A stretch of DNA of 64,000 nt, from the IMG/VR virus record IMGVR_UViG_3300031787_000001, positions 124,001 to 188,000 of that record. One strand, written 5' to 3'. A program made the position numbers and the translations under genes. Of the stretch, positions 29,352-39,929 are shown one piece after another. The notes beneath the pieces were generated by a model. The model had not been told where the DNA came from, searched no databases, and was given only the letters and a program-made list of their open reading frames with translations. The number at the start of each line of letters is the position of its first letter. Within the stretch, counting starts at the first letter, position 1.

Positions 29352-29390
29352 TTTTCTGTGGCAAATCCGTACTATTGTTGCCACAAAATA
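29352..29390. repeat. TGGC inverted element, spacer 17
   Basis: TTTTCTGTGGC/GCCACAAAATA. Confidence 0.85.
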
Positions 29391-29520
29391 TTTTCCTGAT
29401 CCGGATCACCTCCTCCTTCAGTAAATTCATTAAGAAAACTTTAACATAAATTATTTGGAAATATAAACAAAATAGATTTATATTTGTGTACTATCTCACT
29501 AACTATTAAACTCAAAAAAA

Positions 29521-30213
29521 ATGAAAACAAAAACAATTAAAATCCAGACAAAAAGTAAAAGAAAATCAACTTATTCAAACCACGATGGAATGTATAAGAA
29601 TAGGGCTAGAATGAAGATAGTTAATACAATTAAGGAGAGTAACTTAAAAAATAGAAGAATACTATCTTTACCGGCTGATAATTGTATTATTGAAAAACAA
29701 CTTTTTACGAATGTATCTAAACTGATTAAATTTGTTTTATGTGAAAACAATGAACAAGTGTATAAAAAATTGTTAATGAATATCGTTACTAGTAAAACTA
29801 GAATCCCACATTCAATCCTTTCTGGTTCAATCGGTGATGAAATTTACAGAAGTCGGGAGAATGATTATACTGATTTAATACTTGACTATTGTGGTCAAAT
29901 CGGAACATACCATAAAGAAATTGAACACGCAATTAAAAATAATATTGTGTGTGTCGGTGGAACAATATCTATGACATTCAATAAAAGAATTTCGGGAGAT
30001 ACTAATATGAAATTCATTGAAGAAATGGAACGACTTAACCCGAATTTTGATAAGAAAGAGGGTGAGAACAGAACAGAACCAGCCGTTATGACTTTTCTCA
30101 ATCGTGTGTGTGGTATGAATTATCAAATTGTTGAAAGGTATTCGTATAGGGATGATGGGGATGATAAAAAAAGATCACCAATGATGTTGGTTATAGTTCG
30201 TAGAGTATCTTAA
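29521..30213 (+). CDS. Hypothetical protein, possible degenerate class I SAM-methyltransferase fold
   Basis: RILSLP, FVLCEN, LILDYCG, GGTISMTF strand pattern. Confidence 0.45.
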   Translation: MKTKTIKIQTKSKRKSTYSNHDGMYKNRARMKIVNTIKESNLKNRRILSLPADNCIIEKQLFTNVSKLIKFVLCENNEQVYKKLLMNIVTSKTRIPHSILSGSIGDEIYRSRENDYTDLILDYCGQIGTYHKEIEHAIKNNIVCVGGTISMTFNKRISGDTNMKFIEEMERLNPNFDKKEGENRTEPAVMTFLNRVCGMNYQIVERYSYRDDGDDKKRSPMMLVIVRRVS

Positions 30214-30304
30214 CATTATCGTATTACATTTAAGGGGTATCAGAAATGATACCCTTTTTTGTTGCTGTCATCATAGCTCGATCGCAGCGCGCAACAGCTC
30301 GTGA

Positions 30305-30351
30305 TTTTCTGTGGCAAAATCGTATGACACAAAGTGACTTGCCACATAATA
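30305..30351. repeat. TGGC inverted element, spacer 25
   Basis: TTTTCTGTGGC/GCCACATAATA. Confidence 0.85.
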
Positions 30352-30468
30352 TTTTACAGTATTTGGGCTGGGGTCGTGATCCGATCCTTTAACAAAAGAT
30401 TAACGTAAATTATTTGGAAATAAAACTATAATAGTTGTATATTTGTGAAACAATTAAAAACAAATATT

Positions 30469-30759
30469 ATGAACCTTTATTTAGAATTTTCAATGGACTA
30501 TTCAGGGGAGTGTGAAGATTATACACTATTCCTTAACGATGAAGATAAAACCTACGATTATGATTTTGAAGATATTACCAACTACATTAAGAAGTTGGAG
30601 GATAATGTTGAAGGGTTTTTCTTATCAGAACACAGAACATCGGGAACTATTACTATCATTGATGATGTAATGACTATTGAATTTAGAACATTCAACGAAC
30701 CCGATTGGGATGAATTTGATGACCACACAATTACCACAACCCCTATTGATTTTAATTAA
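30469..30759 (+). CDS. Highly acidic hypothetical protein
   Basis: D/E-rich; own promoter. Confidence 0.7.
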   Translation: MNLYLEFSMDYSGECEDYTLFLNDEDKTYDYDFEDITNYIKKLEDNVEGFFLSEHRTSGTITIIDDVMTIEFRTFNEPDWDEFDDHTITTTPIDFN

Positions 30760-30834
30760 TAGGGGATAAAAATAAATTTGGTTTTTAATTAAAATAGTTT
30801 TATCTTTGTTCTTTAATCATTAAAATTTATAATT

Positions 30835-31668
30835 ATGAAATTCGCGTCAACCGACAATCTTAATTGGACAGTTCGTCAGGAGCCTGTTCAAACCGAAAGT
30901 GGTATCGTAATTCCTGGACAACTTGCGATAGTTCGTAACGATACGAATGTTCCTTTGTCAATTATGGCTGATGGTTATCAACCGTATCAAAATCACGAAT
31001 TGGTTGAACTACTTGAAAGGGTATCAAACCAAACCGGTATGGAAATTAAAAAATCGGGGTTATTCGGGGACGGAGAGAAGGTGTTTATTCAGTTGAAGTC
31101 AAACGACCTTAAACTCGGTAATGATAGGGTTGAAGGATATTTGACAGGTATCAATTCCTTTGATGGTTCAACATCACTCGCATTCGGACCCAGTAATGTT
31201 ACTATCAGTTGTACCAACTCGTTCTTCGCCGCGTTTCGTGGTCTTAACACAAAGGTTCGTCATACAAAAAATATGGTTGTTCGTATTGACGACATTTGTA
31301 GAAGTTTAATGGGTGTAGTTGAGGAAGAAAAGAAAATGTTTGATAACATTGTGAAGTTGTCGGAAACTCGTGTCGGAACAAAAAATGTTGATGATGTATT
31401 ACGGACATTATTCAACATTGATAAAAGTGTTAATCTCAAAGATATTGAGGCGATATCAACCGTAACTCAAAATAAAATATCTCGTTTCTATGTTGATTTG
31501 AACGGAGAAATGAAGGAGAAGGGAGATAATCTTTGGGGGTTGTTTAGTGGAGTAACTAAATACACAACTCACTCAATGAGTAAGGAAGACAATACCGAAA
31601 AGAAAATGTTTGGTGTGTACGGAAATCGTGAAAGGAAAATCTTTAACGACTTGGTTGAATTGGTATAA
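30835..31668 (+). CDS. DUF932-family protein
   Basis: YQPYQN, NSFDGS, ISCTN, RHT, NLWGLF..VT.Y motifs. Confidence 0.8.
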   Translation: MKFASTDNLNWTVRQEPVQTESGIVIPGQLAIVRNDTNVPLSIMADGYQPYQNHELVELLERVSNQTGMEIKKSGLFGDGEKVFIQLKSNDLKLGNDRVEGYLTGINSFDGSTSLAFGPSNVTISCTNSFFAAFRGLNTKVRHTKNMVVRIDDICRSLMGVVEEEKKMFDNIVKLSETRVGTKNVDDVLRTLFNIDKSVNLKDIEAISTVTQNKISRFYVDLNGEMKEKGDNLWGLFSGVTKYTTHSMSKEDNTEKKMFGVYGNRERKIFNDLVELV

Positions 31669-31758
31669 CCCTATAAGTGAATCGTGTATAACCCCAGCAA
31701 AAAGCTGGGGTTTTTTGTTGCTTTTCACCAGCCGATCGCAACAGCGCAACAGGTGGGA

Positions 31759-31805
31759 TTTTCTGTGGCAAGAAAATTACAGGGGAAACGACTCGCCACA
31801 GAAAT
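31759..31805. repeat. TGGC inverted element, spacer 25
   Basis: TTTTCTGTGGC/GCCACAGAAAT. Confidence 0.9.
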
Positions 31806-31927
31806 TTCAGATGACGCCGGGCTAAAAAGTTCGTAGCCCAGATCATAAAACACATTAACAAAAGATTAGCACAAATTATTTGGAAATAGAACTATAATAG
31901 TTGTATATTTGTATAAATTAAAACATT

Positions 31928-32113
31928 ATGAAAAAAGTAATCACACTATTATCAGTTGTTGTCTTATTGACAAGTTGTTCAACACAATATCAAACAACAA
32001 GTTACAATTCGGAAAAAAGTTATACCTTTAAGAGAGGTGGTGTTCGGTATAAAATAACCGACACTTACACAAGAAAAGTTGAAACCGATACATTAACAAT
32101 TAAAAAGAAATAA
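31928..32113 (+). CDS. Small lipoprotein
   Basis: LLTS-C lipobox. Confidence 0.7.
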   Translation: MKKVITLLSVVVLLTSCSTQYQTTSYNSEKSYTFKRGGVRYKITDTYTRKVETDTLTIKKK

Positions 32114-32114
32114 T

Positions 32115-32309
32115 ATGAAGTTTGATGTAATTTCCCCCGATGGTTTTTCAATTCATTTTTCCGACACTTATAGTAATAAGAAAGAAGCAAAAAAAGCTTT
32201 TGAGAAGTGGAAGAAGAATTACGAAAGACAAGGATATTATAGTTCGGTAAACTATGGTAGAATACCTTTGAACGAATTACACAACTACATTAAAATTGTT
32301 AAACTATGA
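32115..32309 (+). CDS. Hypothetical protein
   Basis: ORF track. Confidence 0.7.
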   Translation: MKFDVISPDGFSIHFSDTYSNKKEAKKAFEKWKKNYERQGYYSSVNYGRIPLNELHNYIKIVKL

Positions 32310-32767
32310 ATTTAGACAAAGCTGAGAAACTCACACTATCTTTGATGCACAAACACAATTTACGTGGTTGGAGTTTTAAGTGGGATAATTCATTGAGGAG
32401 GTTCGGTTGTTGTAGTCAAGGTAGAAAGTATATTGGGTTGTCAAGGAAATTGGTTGAGGTAAATAATGTGGAACAAGTTAAGGACACAATACTGCACGAA
32501 ATTGCACACGCACTTGCGGGACCTGGTGTAGGACACGGGCAAAAGTGGAAAGATATTTGTGTTCAGATTGGTGCAAAACCCGAAAGATGTTATGATAGTG
32601 ACGACACAAACACACCCGAAATGAAGTATTACGCGGTATGTGGTGCTTGTGGTAGAAAACACGAAAAGGCAAGATTAAAACTAAAGCATGTTCGTAGGTC
32701 GTGTTTATGTCAAAGTGGTAAGGATTGGAACAATAGAGTTTTATTAGAATTTCAAACAAGATATTAA
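32306..32767 (+). CDS. SprT-like zinc metalloprotease
   Basis: TILHEIAHA, GHG..WK, C-terminal CxxC. Confidence 0.85.
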   Translation: MNLDKAEKLTLSLMHKHNLRGWSFKWDNSLRRFGCCSQGRKYIGLSRKLVEVNNVEQVKDTILHEIAHALAGPGVGHGQKWKDICVQIGAKPERCYDSDDTNTPEMKYYAVCGACGRKHEKARLKLKHVRRSCLCQSGKDWNNRVLLEFQTRY

Positions 32768-32772
32768 TTCGT

Positions 32773-32973
32773 ATGACACCAGAACAACAAGTAAAAGAAA
32801 TTCAGTTGAAGGCACAATATAGTGTACTATCGGAACTATCGGAATGTTTTGGTAAAGGTAGTAGACACGAAGCGGCAGTTAAGATTAATAAAACGATGAA
32901 TGAAATTTTATACAAGTTAGAACTATTAAATTATGAGTACACACAACAGGCGAGGTCATACACGAAAGGTTAA
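32773..32973 (+). CDS. Hypothetical protein
   Basis: ORF track. Confidence 0.6.
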   Translation: MTPEQQVKEIQLKAQYSVLSELSECFGKGSRHEAAVKINKTMNEILYKLELLNYEYTQQARSYTKG

Positions 32974-33098
32974 AGTTAAAGGAGCCGTTAAGTGTATAAA
33001 GATTAAACCGACAAAAGTTAAAAAGAAAAAGTAACCCAGAGAAATCTGGGTTTTTTGTTGCTTTTCACCAGCTGATCGCAGCGCAAACGCAGCTCGGA

Positions 33099-33135
33099 TT
33101 TTCTGTGGCAGGATCGACACACTTGCCACAGAATA
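33099..33135. repeat. TGGC inverted element, spacer 15
   Basis: TTTTCTGTGGC/GCCACAGAATA. Confidence 0.9.
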
Positions 33136-33251
33136 TTTTCCTGATCCCGGACATCTTTTTCTTCAGAAATCCTTTAACAAAAGATTAGCACAAATTATTT
33201 GGAAATAGAACTATAATAGTTGTATATTTGTCTAAACAAAAACAAATCACA

Positions 33252-33473
33252 ATGGCTATCAAAAGTAAAAACTCAAAGAAATCAAAACTTGAAATTGACT
33301 TAACTGGTCCAGATGGTAACGCCTTCGTTCTTATCGGTATCGCGGGTAACTTATCAAAACAATTAGGTTTGGATAAAAGTAAAATACAATCCGAAATGAT
33401 GAAAGGTGATTATGAAAACTTGATAAAAGTTTTTGACAAACATTTTGGAAAATTCGTAACTTTATATCGTTAA
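33252..33473 (+). CDS. Hypothetical protein
   Basis: IDLTGPDGNAF motif; start after promoter. Confidence 0.75.
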   Translation: MAIKSKNSKKSKLEIDLTGPDGNAFVLIGIAGNLSKQLGLDKSKIQSEMMKGDYENLIKVFDKHFGKFVTLYR

Positions 33474-33487
33474 TAAAACTATTTCAA

Positions 33488-33814
33488 ATGAGAGTAACAA
33501 ATTTAACAGGGGCTATTGTCCTAATAAAAATACAACACAAGGTTGATGTTGTTCCTTCAAATATCAAAGGGTTTAAGTGGCATATTCCAGAAATGGATGA
33601 TGATGGTGGTGTCCATATTGAAACTGATGAAGACCTTATTAAATTATCAAATGAAATTTGTGATTTTGATAAATTGATTGATGAAGTCATTGAACAAATT
33701 AAACACGACATCAATGTAAGTGAGGATTTTACCGCAATTGACGAACTATTAAGAACGGTTCCAGTTATCAACTTAATAAATTATTTACCCGAAACAATAC
33801 AACAAGGAAAATGA
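33488..33814 (+). CDS. Hypothetical protein
   Basis: ORF track. Confidence 0.65.
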   Translation: MRVTNLTGAIVLIKIQHKVDVVPSNIKGFKWHIPEMDDDGGVHIETDEDLIKLSNEICDFDKLIDEVIEQIKHDINVSEDFTAIDELLRTVPVINLINYLPETIQQGK

Positions 33815-34023
33815 GAACAATAACAATTCATATCATTGATAGAGATAGTTCACGAACTATGAGTGAAAGTATCAGGGTTGATGGTGTTAAACCGATAGAC
33901 CTTGAAAACAATATTGTTAAATTACTTTCCGATGTTCCTTTCCGTAAATACTATATGGAAACTGAAACAAGTGATGAATTAACAAAGGAAGAATTGGAAG
34001 TTATTGAAAGGATCATTAACTAA
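33811..34023 (+). CDS. Hypothetical protein
   Basis: ATGA-coupled ORF. Confidence 0.65.
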   Translation: MRTITIHIIDRDSSRTMSESIRVDGVKPIDLENNIVKLLSDVPFRKYYMETETSDELTKEELEVIERIIN

Positions 34024-34218
34024 ATTTTAACAAAAATTATTTGGAAATAGAAAGTATTACATTGTATATTTGTAAAAAAATCGTATGACACTACAAGAAT
34101 TAAAAGAACAACTACAAGAAGATTTAATCTCACACTTGGAGGAATTAATCTCACAAGAAGATTTAGACATCGTTTGTAATATAGTAATCAATAATGTTAA
34201 TCAATTAAAACAATAACA

Positions 34219-34767
34219 ATGGGAGCAACAGATTTCAGAACAACAAAAAGAGGTTGGTCAATGTCCGAAGCGTATGACACCGCAGTTGAATATGCGAGAG
34301 ACGAATATGGAAACGATGGTTACAACGGAACAATATCCACAACTCGTGGGGTTATTGATAAGACCTCAATGTTTAAGTCATCAAAACTTTCTATTGATGA
34401 ATTTATTAACAAACATATTGATAGTTGTCAGAAGTGGGGTTCGGCTTGGGGAGTATGTATTGAAGAACCGACACAAAATAAATCTAAGATAAAATCTAAG
34501 GTTACAAACATTGTAAGTAAGGGAACGAAGAAATGGGAGTTGGTTTATGATGTGATTGTTCGTGGAGATAGTGTTAAGTCATTCAATAGTAAGAACGATG
34601 CGGTTAAACATGGTCGTGATTTGGTTGAGAAGAGTAAAGGAAGAGTATCAATAGAAATGAGGAAGAAACTTGTTAATGGTAACACAAGGGTTGCGGAGAT
34701 CGAATATAAAACCGATGGAAAAGAAAAAGAGGGTAAGTATGTTTTCTTCGGAATTGCAGCATGTTAA
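34219..34767 (+). CDS. Hypothetical protein
   Basis: YGNDGYNGTIST motif. Confidence 0.75.
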   Translation: MGATDFRTTKRGWSMSEAYDTAVEYARDEYGNDGYNGTISTTRGVIDKTSMFKSSKLSIDEFINKHIDSCQKWGSAWGVCIEEPTQNKSKIKSKVTNIVSKGTKKWELVYDVIVRGDSVKSFNSKNDAVKHGRDLVEKSKGRVSIEMRKKLVNGNTRVAEIEYKTDGKEKEGKYVFFGIAAC

Positions 34768-34870
34768 CAAAACTTTAAGAAAATAAATTTGGAAAACTAA
34801 TATAATAGTTATATCTTTGTTACTCATTACTAATCTAACTCGGGGACAGGAGTTCTGAACAAATTATCTT

Positions 34871-35614
34871 ATGAATAAGTTTCATGGAAAAAAAGTAGGA
34901 GAAATCTTTGAGACAAAAGATTATTCAATTTTCAAATTCAGAGAGGACAATCGTCCAATCATTCCAAACCATGTTAAGAAGTTAGCGAAGAGAATGTCTG
35001 AACGTGGTTGGTTACCAACATCAGTTGTCACTATTAATGGAAGTGGTGATATTATTGATGGACAAAATCGTGTGACCGCAGCGATGAGTGTTGGTTGTCC
35101 GATTCGTTACAAAGTAGTGAAAGGAGCAGGAAGTGATGAAATGACGGAAATGAATACACTACAAAAGAATTGGTCTCCGTTTGACCACTTACACAAGTTC
35201 GTTGTGAAGGGTAATAAGAATTATGTTGTATTCAATAATTTCATTACCGACTATCCAATGTATAAGTACACCGAAGTCGCGATGTTTCTCAACAACTCAA
35301 TGTCAAGTGTGAAGAGAGATACTTTTGAAAGTGGTGAATATGTTGTAAAGAACGAGAAGAAAGCTCGTGAGTGGGCTAACAACATTCTTGAACTCAAACC
35401 TTACTTTGAGAAGTATTACAACAAGTCAATCTTTGTGAGGGCGATGGTGAAGATTATGTCAAATAAGAAAGACTTTGTTTTTGAAGAGTTTTTACACAAA
35501 GTAAAGTTGAGACCAATGAAGTTAGTTCCGTGTGGAACGGTGGAACAATATGTGGAAATGATTGAGGGTATCTACAACTACATGAGAAAGGATAAAGTGA
35601 ATTTAAGGTTTTGA
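34871..35614 (+). CDS. ParB/Srx N-terminal-domain protein
   Basis: NR..HVKKL, IIDGQNRVTAA. Confidence 0.75.
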   Translation: MNKFHGKKVGEIFETKDYSIFKFREDNRPIIPNHVKKLAKRMSERGWLPTSVVTINGSGDIIDGQNRVTAAMSVGCPIRYKVVKGAGSDEMTEMNTLQKNWSPFDHLHKFVVKGNKNYVVFNNFITDYPMYKYTEVAMFLNNSMSSVKRDTFESGEYVVKNEKKAREWANNILELKPYFEKYYNKSIFVRAMVKIMSNKKDFVFEEFLHKVKLRPMKLVPCGTVEQYVEMIEGIYNYMRKDKVNLRF

Positions 35615-35707
35615 GTTAGATAGTAAGTGTGAACAAAGACCACTCCGAAAGGGGTGGTTTTTTTTGTTACGAACTCAGAATCTGCGGTCCTGAAGACGAC
35701 GGGGAAA

Positions 35708-35718
35708 TTTTCTGTGGC
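35708..35718 (+). repeat. Unpaired TGGC half-site
   Basis: TTTTCTGTGGC between terminator and promoter of the wHTH gene. Confidence 0.7.
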
Positions 35719-35800
35719 AGGATCAAACTCTTTAACAAAACATTATGAAAATAAATTTGGAAATAGAAAGTATTATATTGTATATTTGAAAAAAAACATT

Positions 35801-36211
35801 ATGATTGAAATGATTAAATCGGAATTGAAGTGGAGAGGAAAAGAAACCTACTCAATAGAAGAAATTATTGAAGTCATTGAGAAGTATAATAAAAAAGAAG
35901 AAACTCATAGAGTTGAAAGTTGTGGGTTTGTTGCCGATATGGAAACCAGACAAATAACTATTGACGATAAAAAACACAACCTACCAAAAAAAGAATTTTT
36001 GATTATTCATTACCTTATGGAAAATAAAAACAAGGTATTGAATAGAGATAAGATACTAAATAAAATTTGGGAAGATGATGTGATTGTAATAAACAGAACT
36101 ATTGATGTTCACATCAGGAGAATTAGAAATAAATTTCCAACAATTCCAATTAGAACAATTAAGGGAGTTGGATATACTTGGAGTGATAGAGAGACTTTAA
36201 CAAATGTTTAA
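35801..36211 (+). CDS. OmpR/PhoB-type winged-helix DNA-binding protein without receiver domain
   Basis: LPKKEF..L, RDKILNKIW, RTIDVHIRRIR.K, IRTIKGVGY; start reassigned to 35801. Confidence 0.9.
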   Translation: MIEMIKSELKWRGKETYSIEEIIEVIEKYNKKEETHRVESCGFVADMETRQITIDDKKHNLPKKEFLIIHYLMENKNKVLNRDKILNKIWEDDVIVINRTIDVHIRRIRNKFPTIPIRTIKGVGYTWSDRETLTNV

Positions 36212-36267
36212 CATAAATTATTTGGAGGTATAATGTTTTAAGTTGTATATTTGTAAAAATTAAAATT

Positions 36268-38256
36268 ATGGTAACTTTACACGAAGAAAAATTTATGGAC
36301 TATAAAATCGGTTTAGCCGGTTCGTTCAAACAATCACTTTACGAAACCTTTTTCAAAGGAGATACGGAGAACAGAAAGAAGTTAATGTCTGTTTTTCCCG
36401 AACTTGAAGTCGCTCAAAGATACGCCTCCGAAAGTGGTTATTGGAAAGGACTTGTGGAGAGATATAATAAACAATACAACACAAACTATAACCCATAAAA
36501 TAATATGCCAACAAGAGAACAAACAGACAAAGTTTTCACTGAATTGATAAGTTTATATGACATCGCCGATGAACTTGAAAACAATGGCGAAGAAGAAAAA
36601 TCAATCGAAATGAGAATTAAACTCAACATTATCGGACAATTTATTCAATCATTAATAAAATAAAATGAAATCACAACAAGTTTTTATTGTAATGTACAAT
36701 GACCGATATGGTAACGGAGACCAGAAGAAAATAGAGGTGGTATTAAAAGATGAAAAAGATTTTAAGAAGTGGTTGAAGAACCATAACTACGATAGGGATG
36801 CAGAACCCGAAACAAAAGAAGAATTTGATTTAATTCCAGTTAACCTTTTAACTTTTGATTAACGATTATTATATTATCTTTACAAATAAAAAAAATTGTA
36901 TGACAACACAACAATTCAACGAGAAGTACAAAGATTACTTGGAGGAAGGACACTATGGTTTAGCCATAGGTGCTGGAGAATTTGTAGAATGGTTAGATAA
37001 AAAGTTTGAGGACTTTGTTAAGAAACCCGGTTTTAGATTTACACAGATTAAAGCGAAATTCGGTTATGGTAGATTTTACGCCGAAGGTTTAACAAGTGAT
37101 GAAGTTCGTGAAGTGGAACAGAGAATTACAGATTTACATTCAGGTACAAAATTAGAATTTTAATTATGGCAAGAGTATCAAAATTAGCACAAAGACAAAC
37201 CTATTCAAACGGACATCAAATTTGTGTTGGATTGACTGGTGATATTGGTTATATATCTATTGAAGATAATAACCTTTATCCCGAAGGTGATAGTCGAGCA
37301 GATAGAAGGGATATGAATTTTAATAGGATAATGGTTCCCGTTATGACAAGGGAAGACCTTAAAGATTTACAGACCGCTATTGGTGAAGTATTAAAAAACT
37401 CAAAATAATGTCATACACAATAGATAAAATAATTCCAGTCAAATACGAATGGGATGATAAATGGACGGTAACCGCAGATCTTCGTGGACTTGAAACCTTT
37501 GAGAACTGCGAAAGTAATTATGATGTGGTTGAAAGATTAAAAGATAATAATGTCCTTTCAAGTAAAACTAGTGAGGATAGTGAATATTGTCAATTCTTTG
37601 CATATTTCAGTACAAAGAAAGCGGCAGAGAACTTTATCAAAAGATTAGGAACTTATATTGAAAAAAGAAAAAAATTAATATCATCTTTGTAATATGGAAA
37701 TTTTAACATTTAGAGAATGGAGTGAGAACTTTGTAAAAGTTATCTTTGATTTAGAGGGTGGAGTAGAAATCAAATCATTTAACAAAACAATTCTTAAAGT
37801 AAAAACCCCAAAGATTGTTAATGGTTTGTTAGAAGAACAAAGTAAAATGTTGTTGAAACATTACACCGATAACTTTGATAAAATACAAAGTCAGTATCAA
37901 GAATTATTAAACGAAGTTATATGACCGCACACCACATAGCAAAAGTTGTTCAAAGTCAATTCGATAAAGTAGATTTCGACGCCATCATTGATAAGTGGAA
38001 ACACATTAAAAGAGAGGATTGTGGTAGAGTATCAGATGAATGGGTTAATACAAGGATTGATGATAAACAATACTATAAGTGGATGAGGGCGTGTTCCTTA
38101 TTAGAGGAACATATTAAAAGGAACTTTGAAACCTTTGAAGAAACTGAATTGGTTTATACTTGGGCGAAAGACCTTTGTATTCAAAAGAACAATGAATTAA
38201 ATAGGTGGCGTCAGTTTGGTGCGTATCAAACATTTTCTCAATTTAGAAAGAGATAA
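36268..38256 (+). CDS. Operon of small hypothetical ORFs (36268, 36665, 36855, 37166, 37408, 37694, 37921)
   Basis: Tightly packed co-directional ORFs between promoter and terminator. Confidence 0.7.
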
Positions 38257-38350
38257 TATGAGAAACCTAATCTGTACCTTTTTAACCCCGACATAATGTT
38301 GGGGTTTTTTGTTGCTTGAACTTTGCTGGTCCTGTGCGCAACAGGTGAGA

Positions 38351-38387
38351 TATTCTGTGGCAGACTAAACACACTCGCCACAGAAAT
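38351..38387. repeat. TGGC inverted element, spacer 15
   Basis: TATTCTGTGGC/GCCACAGAAAT. Confidence 0.85.
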
Positions 38388-38530
38388 TTCAGATGACCGG
38401 GGTCAGGACAGTTTCAGGGTAAAACTATTTATATCTGTTAAGAAAATTTTAACAAAATAAATTTGGAAATACAAAGAAATAAGTTGTATATTTGTAATGT
38501 CATTTAATTATTAACTCAAAACTTTTTCAA

Positions 38531-38800
38531 ATGAAAAGTAAAGTAAAAAAACAAAAACACACCCTACTCAAAGGAGAGGGAGCAAACCAACACACTCTTT
38601 ACGGAGAGTTTAAGATTGATGAAGAAAAGTCCTTTGCAACATTGGAAGTAACAAAGGATAGTGTATTAAAACACGAACAACCTGACGGAAGTTTCTCAAA
38701 CGAACATCAAGCCTTAAAGATTGACAAAGGTAATTGGGTTATGGGAAAACAAGTTGAGTACAATCCGTTTTCTCGTTCAGTAAGTCAAGTTTGGGACTAA
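38531..38800 (+). CDS. Small His-containing hypothetical protein
   Basis: L.GEG..H, LKHE, EH..L.I..G.W....Q.EY.P. Confidence 0.7.
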   Translation: MKSKVKKQKHTLLKGEGANQHTLYGEFKIDEEKSFATLEVTKDSVLKHEQPDGSFSNEHQALKIDKGNWVMGKQVEYNPFSRSVSQVWD

Positions 38801-38826
38801 TTTATTCACACACTAAATCAACTCAA

Positions 38827-39231
38827 ATGGCAAATCCGTTAATTCATTCTAAATCCAGTGTTAAACGCTGGGGTGGAAAGGTAGAAGATTATTTACCTAT
38901 TCACGAACTTATTGATAGTCCAAAAATGACTATGAATAATAATAGTGCGAGGTTACTTACTCACAATACCTGGTTCGCATACCACATTGTTCCGAAAATC
39001 TTTGGTTACAACATTGTTAATTCTGACGGAAAGTCCGTTGATGTTGTAGATATTGCGATGTTACATATTGCAGAAGATTTCCGAATGAAGTTTGTACCGA
39101 CACCACAGGACTATCTTAAACATTTAGAAGTCCAACCCTGGATGAATAATGGAGTTAAGCCCGTTGATAATCCCGAAGCGTACGAAATTGTTAAAAACTT
39201 AAATCAAAAATTACACGATTATGCAAACTAA
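38827..39231 (+). CDS. DUF6915-like protein
   Basis: P..H..SS.KRWGG..EDY..IH; HIAEDF. Confidence 0.7.
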   Translation: MANPLIHSKSSVKRWGGKVEDYLPIHELIDSPKMTMNNNSARLLTHNTWFAYHIVPKIFGYNIVNSDGKSVDVVDIAMLHIAEDFRMKFVPTPQDYLKHLEVQPWMNNGVKPVDNPEAYEIVKNLNQKLHDYAN

Positions 39232-39901
39232 TGAAGCAGTAAAACTCTGGAAGGAGTTAGGTATTACACACGCAAATATGGAGTTCAGTTGTGGTGGAGA
39301 TAGTATGAATGACTACCACTTTACTTTCTACAAGAAAAACGATAGTAAGAAAAAGAATGTCCCCGAAGAAATTGAGGTTAATAGTCCCGAATTGGAAAGT
39401 TACTTTGACAAAGAAGTGTTTGATGAAGTTGAGTTTTATGTAAACTCTGACGGACACTACATTGGGGAGCACGGAAATGTTTATATTGAATTAGATGATA
39501 GTGATGAAGATGAAGAAGAACATACTTTCATTTATTCAAAAAGTGCCAAAAGTGAGTGGTCGGAGAGAATTGAAGAAACAATGGAAATCAAATTATCAAA
39601 GAAGATGTCTAAATTTGTTTCGGAGTATGTTAGTAACATTAACGGAGAAGAAGGGAATTGTACTATCAATTTCAAAAAAGATTTCATAATGTCTGACGAA
39701 CAAGAAAAGTTGGTGGGAGAATTGGAAGAAATTGTATTACAAGAAACCGCAGACTTTGAGCCTTCCTATGATGAAGGGGAGAAAGAAGATTACTATACTT
39801 TCACAACAAATGACGGAGATGATAGAGAAGAATTAACTATCAAAGATGATAAGTTGTTGGTATCTGTTGGAACTTCGTTTATCATTTACAAAGAAGATTA
39901 A
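39221..39901 (+). CDS. Acidic DUF6878-like protein
   Basis: FSCGGDS motif. Confidence 0.55.
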   Translation: MQTNEAVKLWKELGITHANMEFSCGGDSMNDYHFTFYKKNDSKKKNVPEEIEVNSPELESYFDKEVFDEVEFYVNSDGHYIGEHGNVYIELDDSDEDEEEHTFIYSKSAKSEWSERIEETMEIKLSKKMSKFVSEYVSNINGEEGNCTINFKKDFIMSDEQEKLVGELEEIVLQETADFEPSYDEGEKEDYYTFTTNDGDDREELTIKDDKLLVSVGTSFIIYKED

Positions 39902-39929
39902 ATTATTAACAAATTAAATTAAATCAGTT

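Noticed and set aside
35654-35800. Upstream extensions of track ORFs (35654, 20597, 24173, 40791, 11929)
   Set aside because: They run through promoters or neighbouring genes; downstream ATGs fit better.
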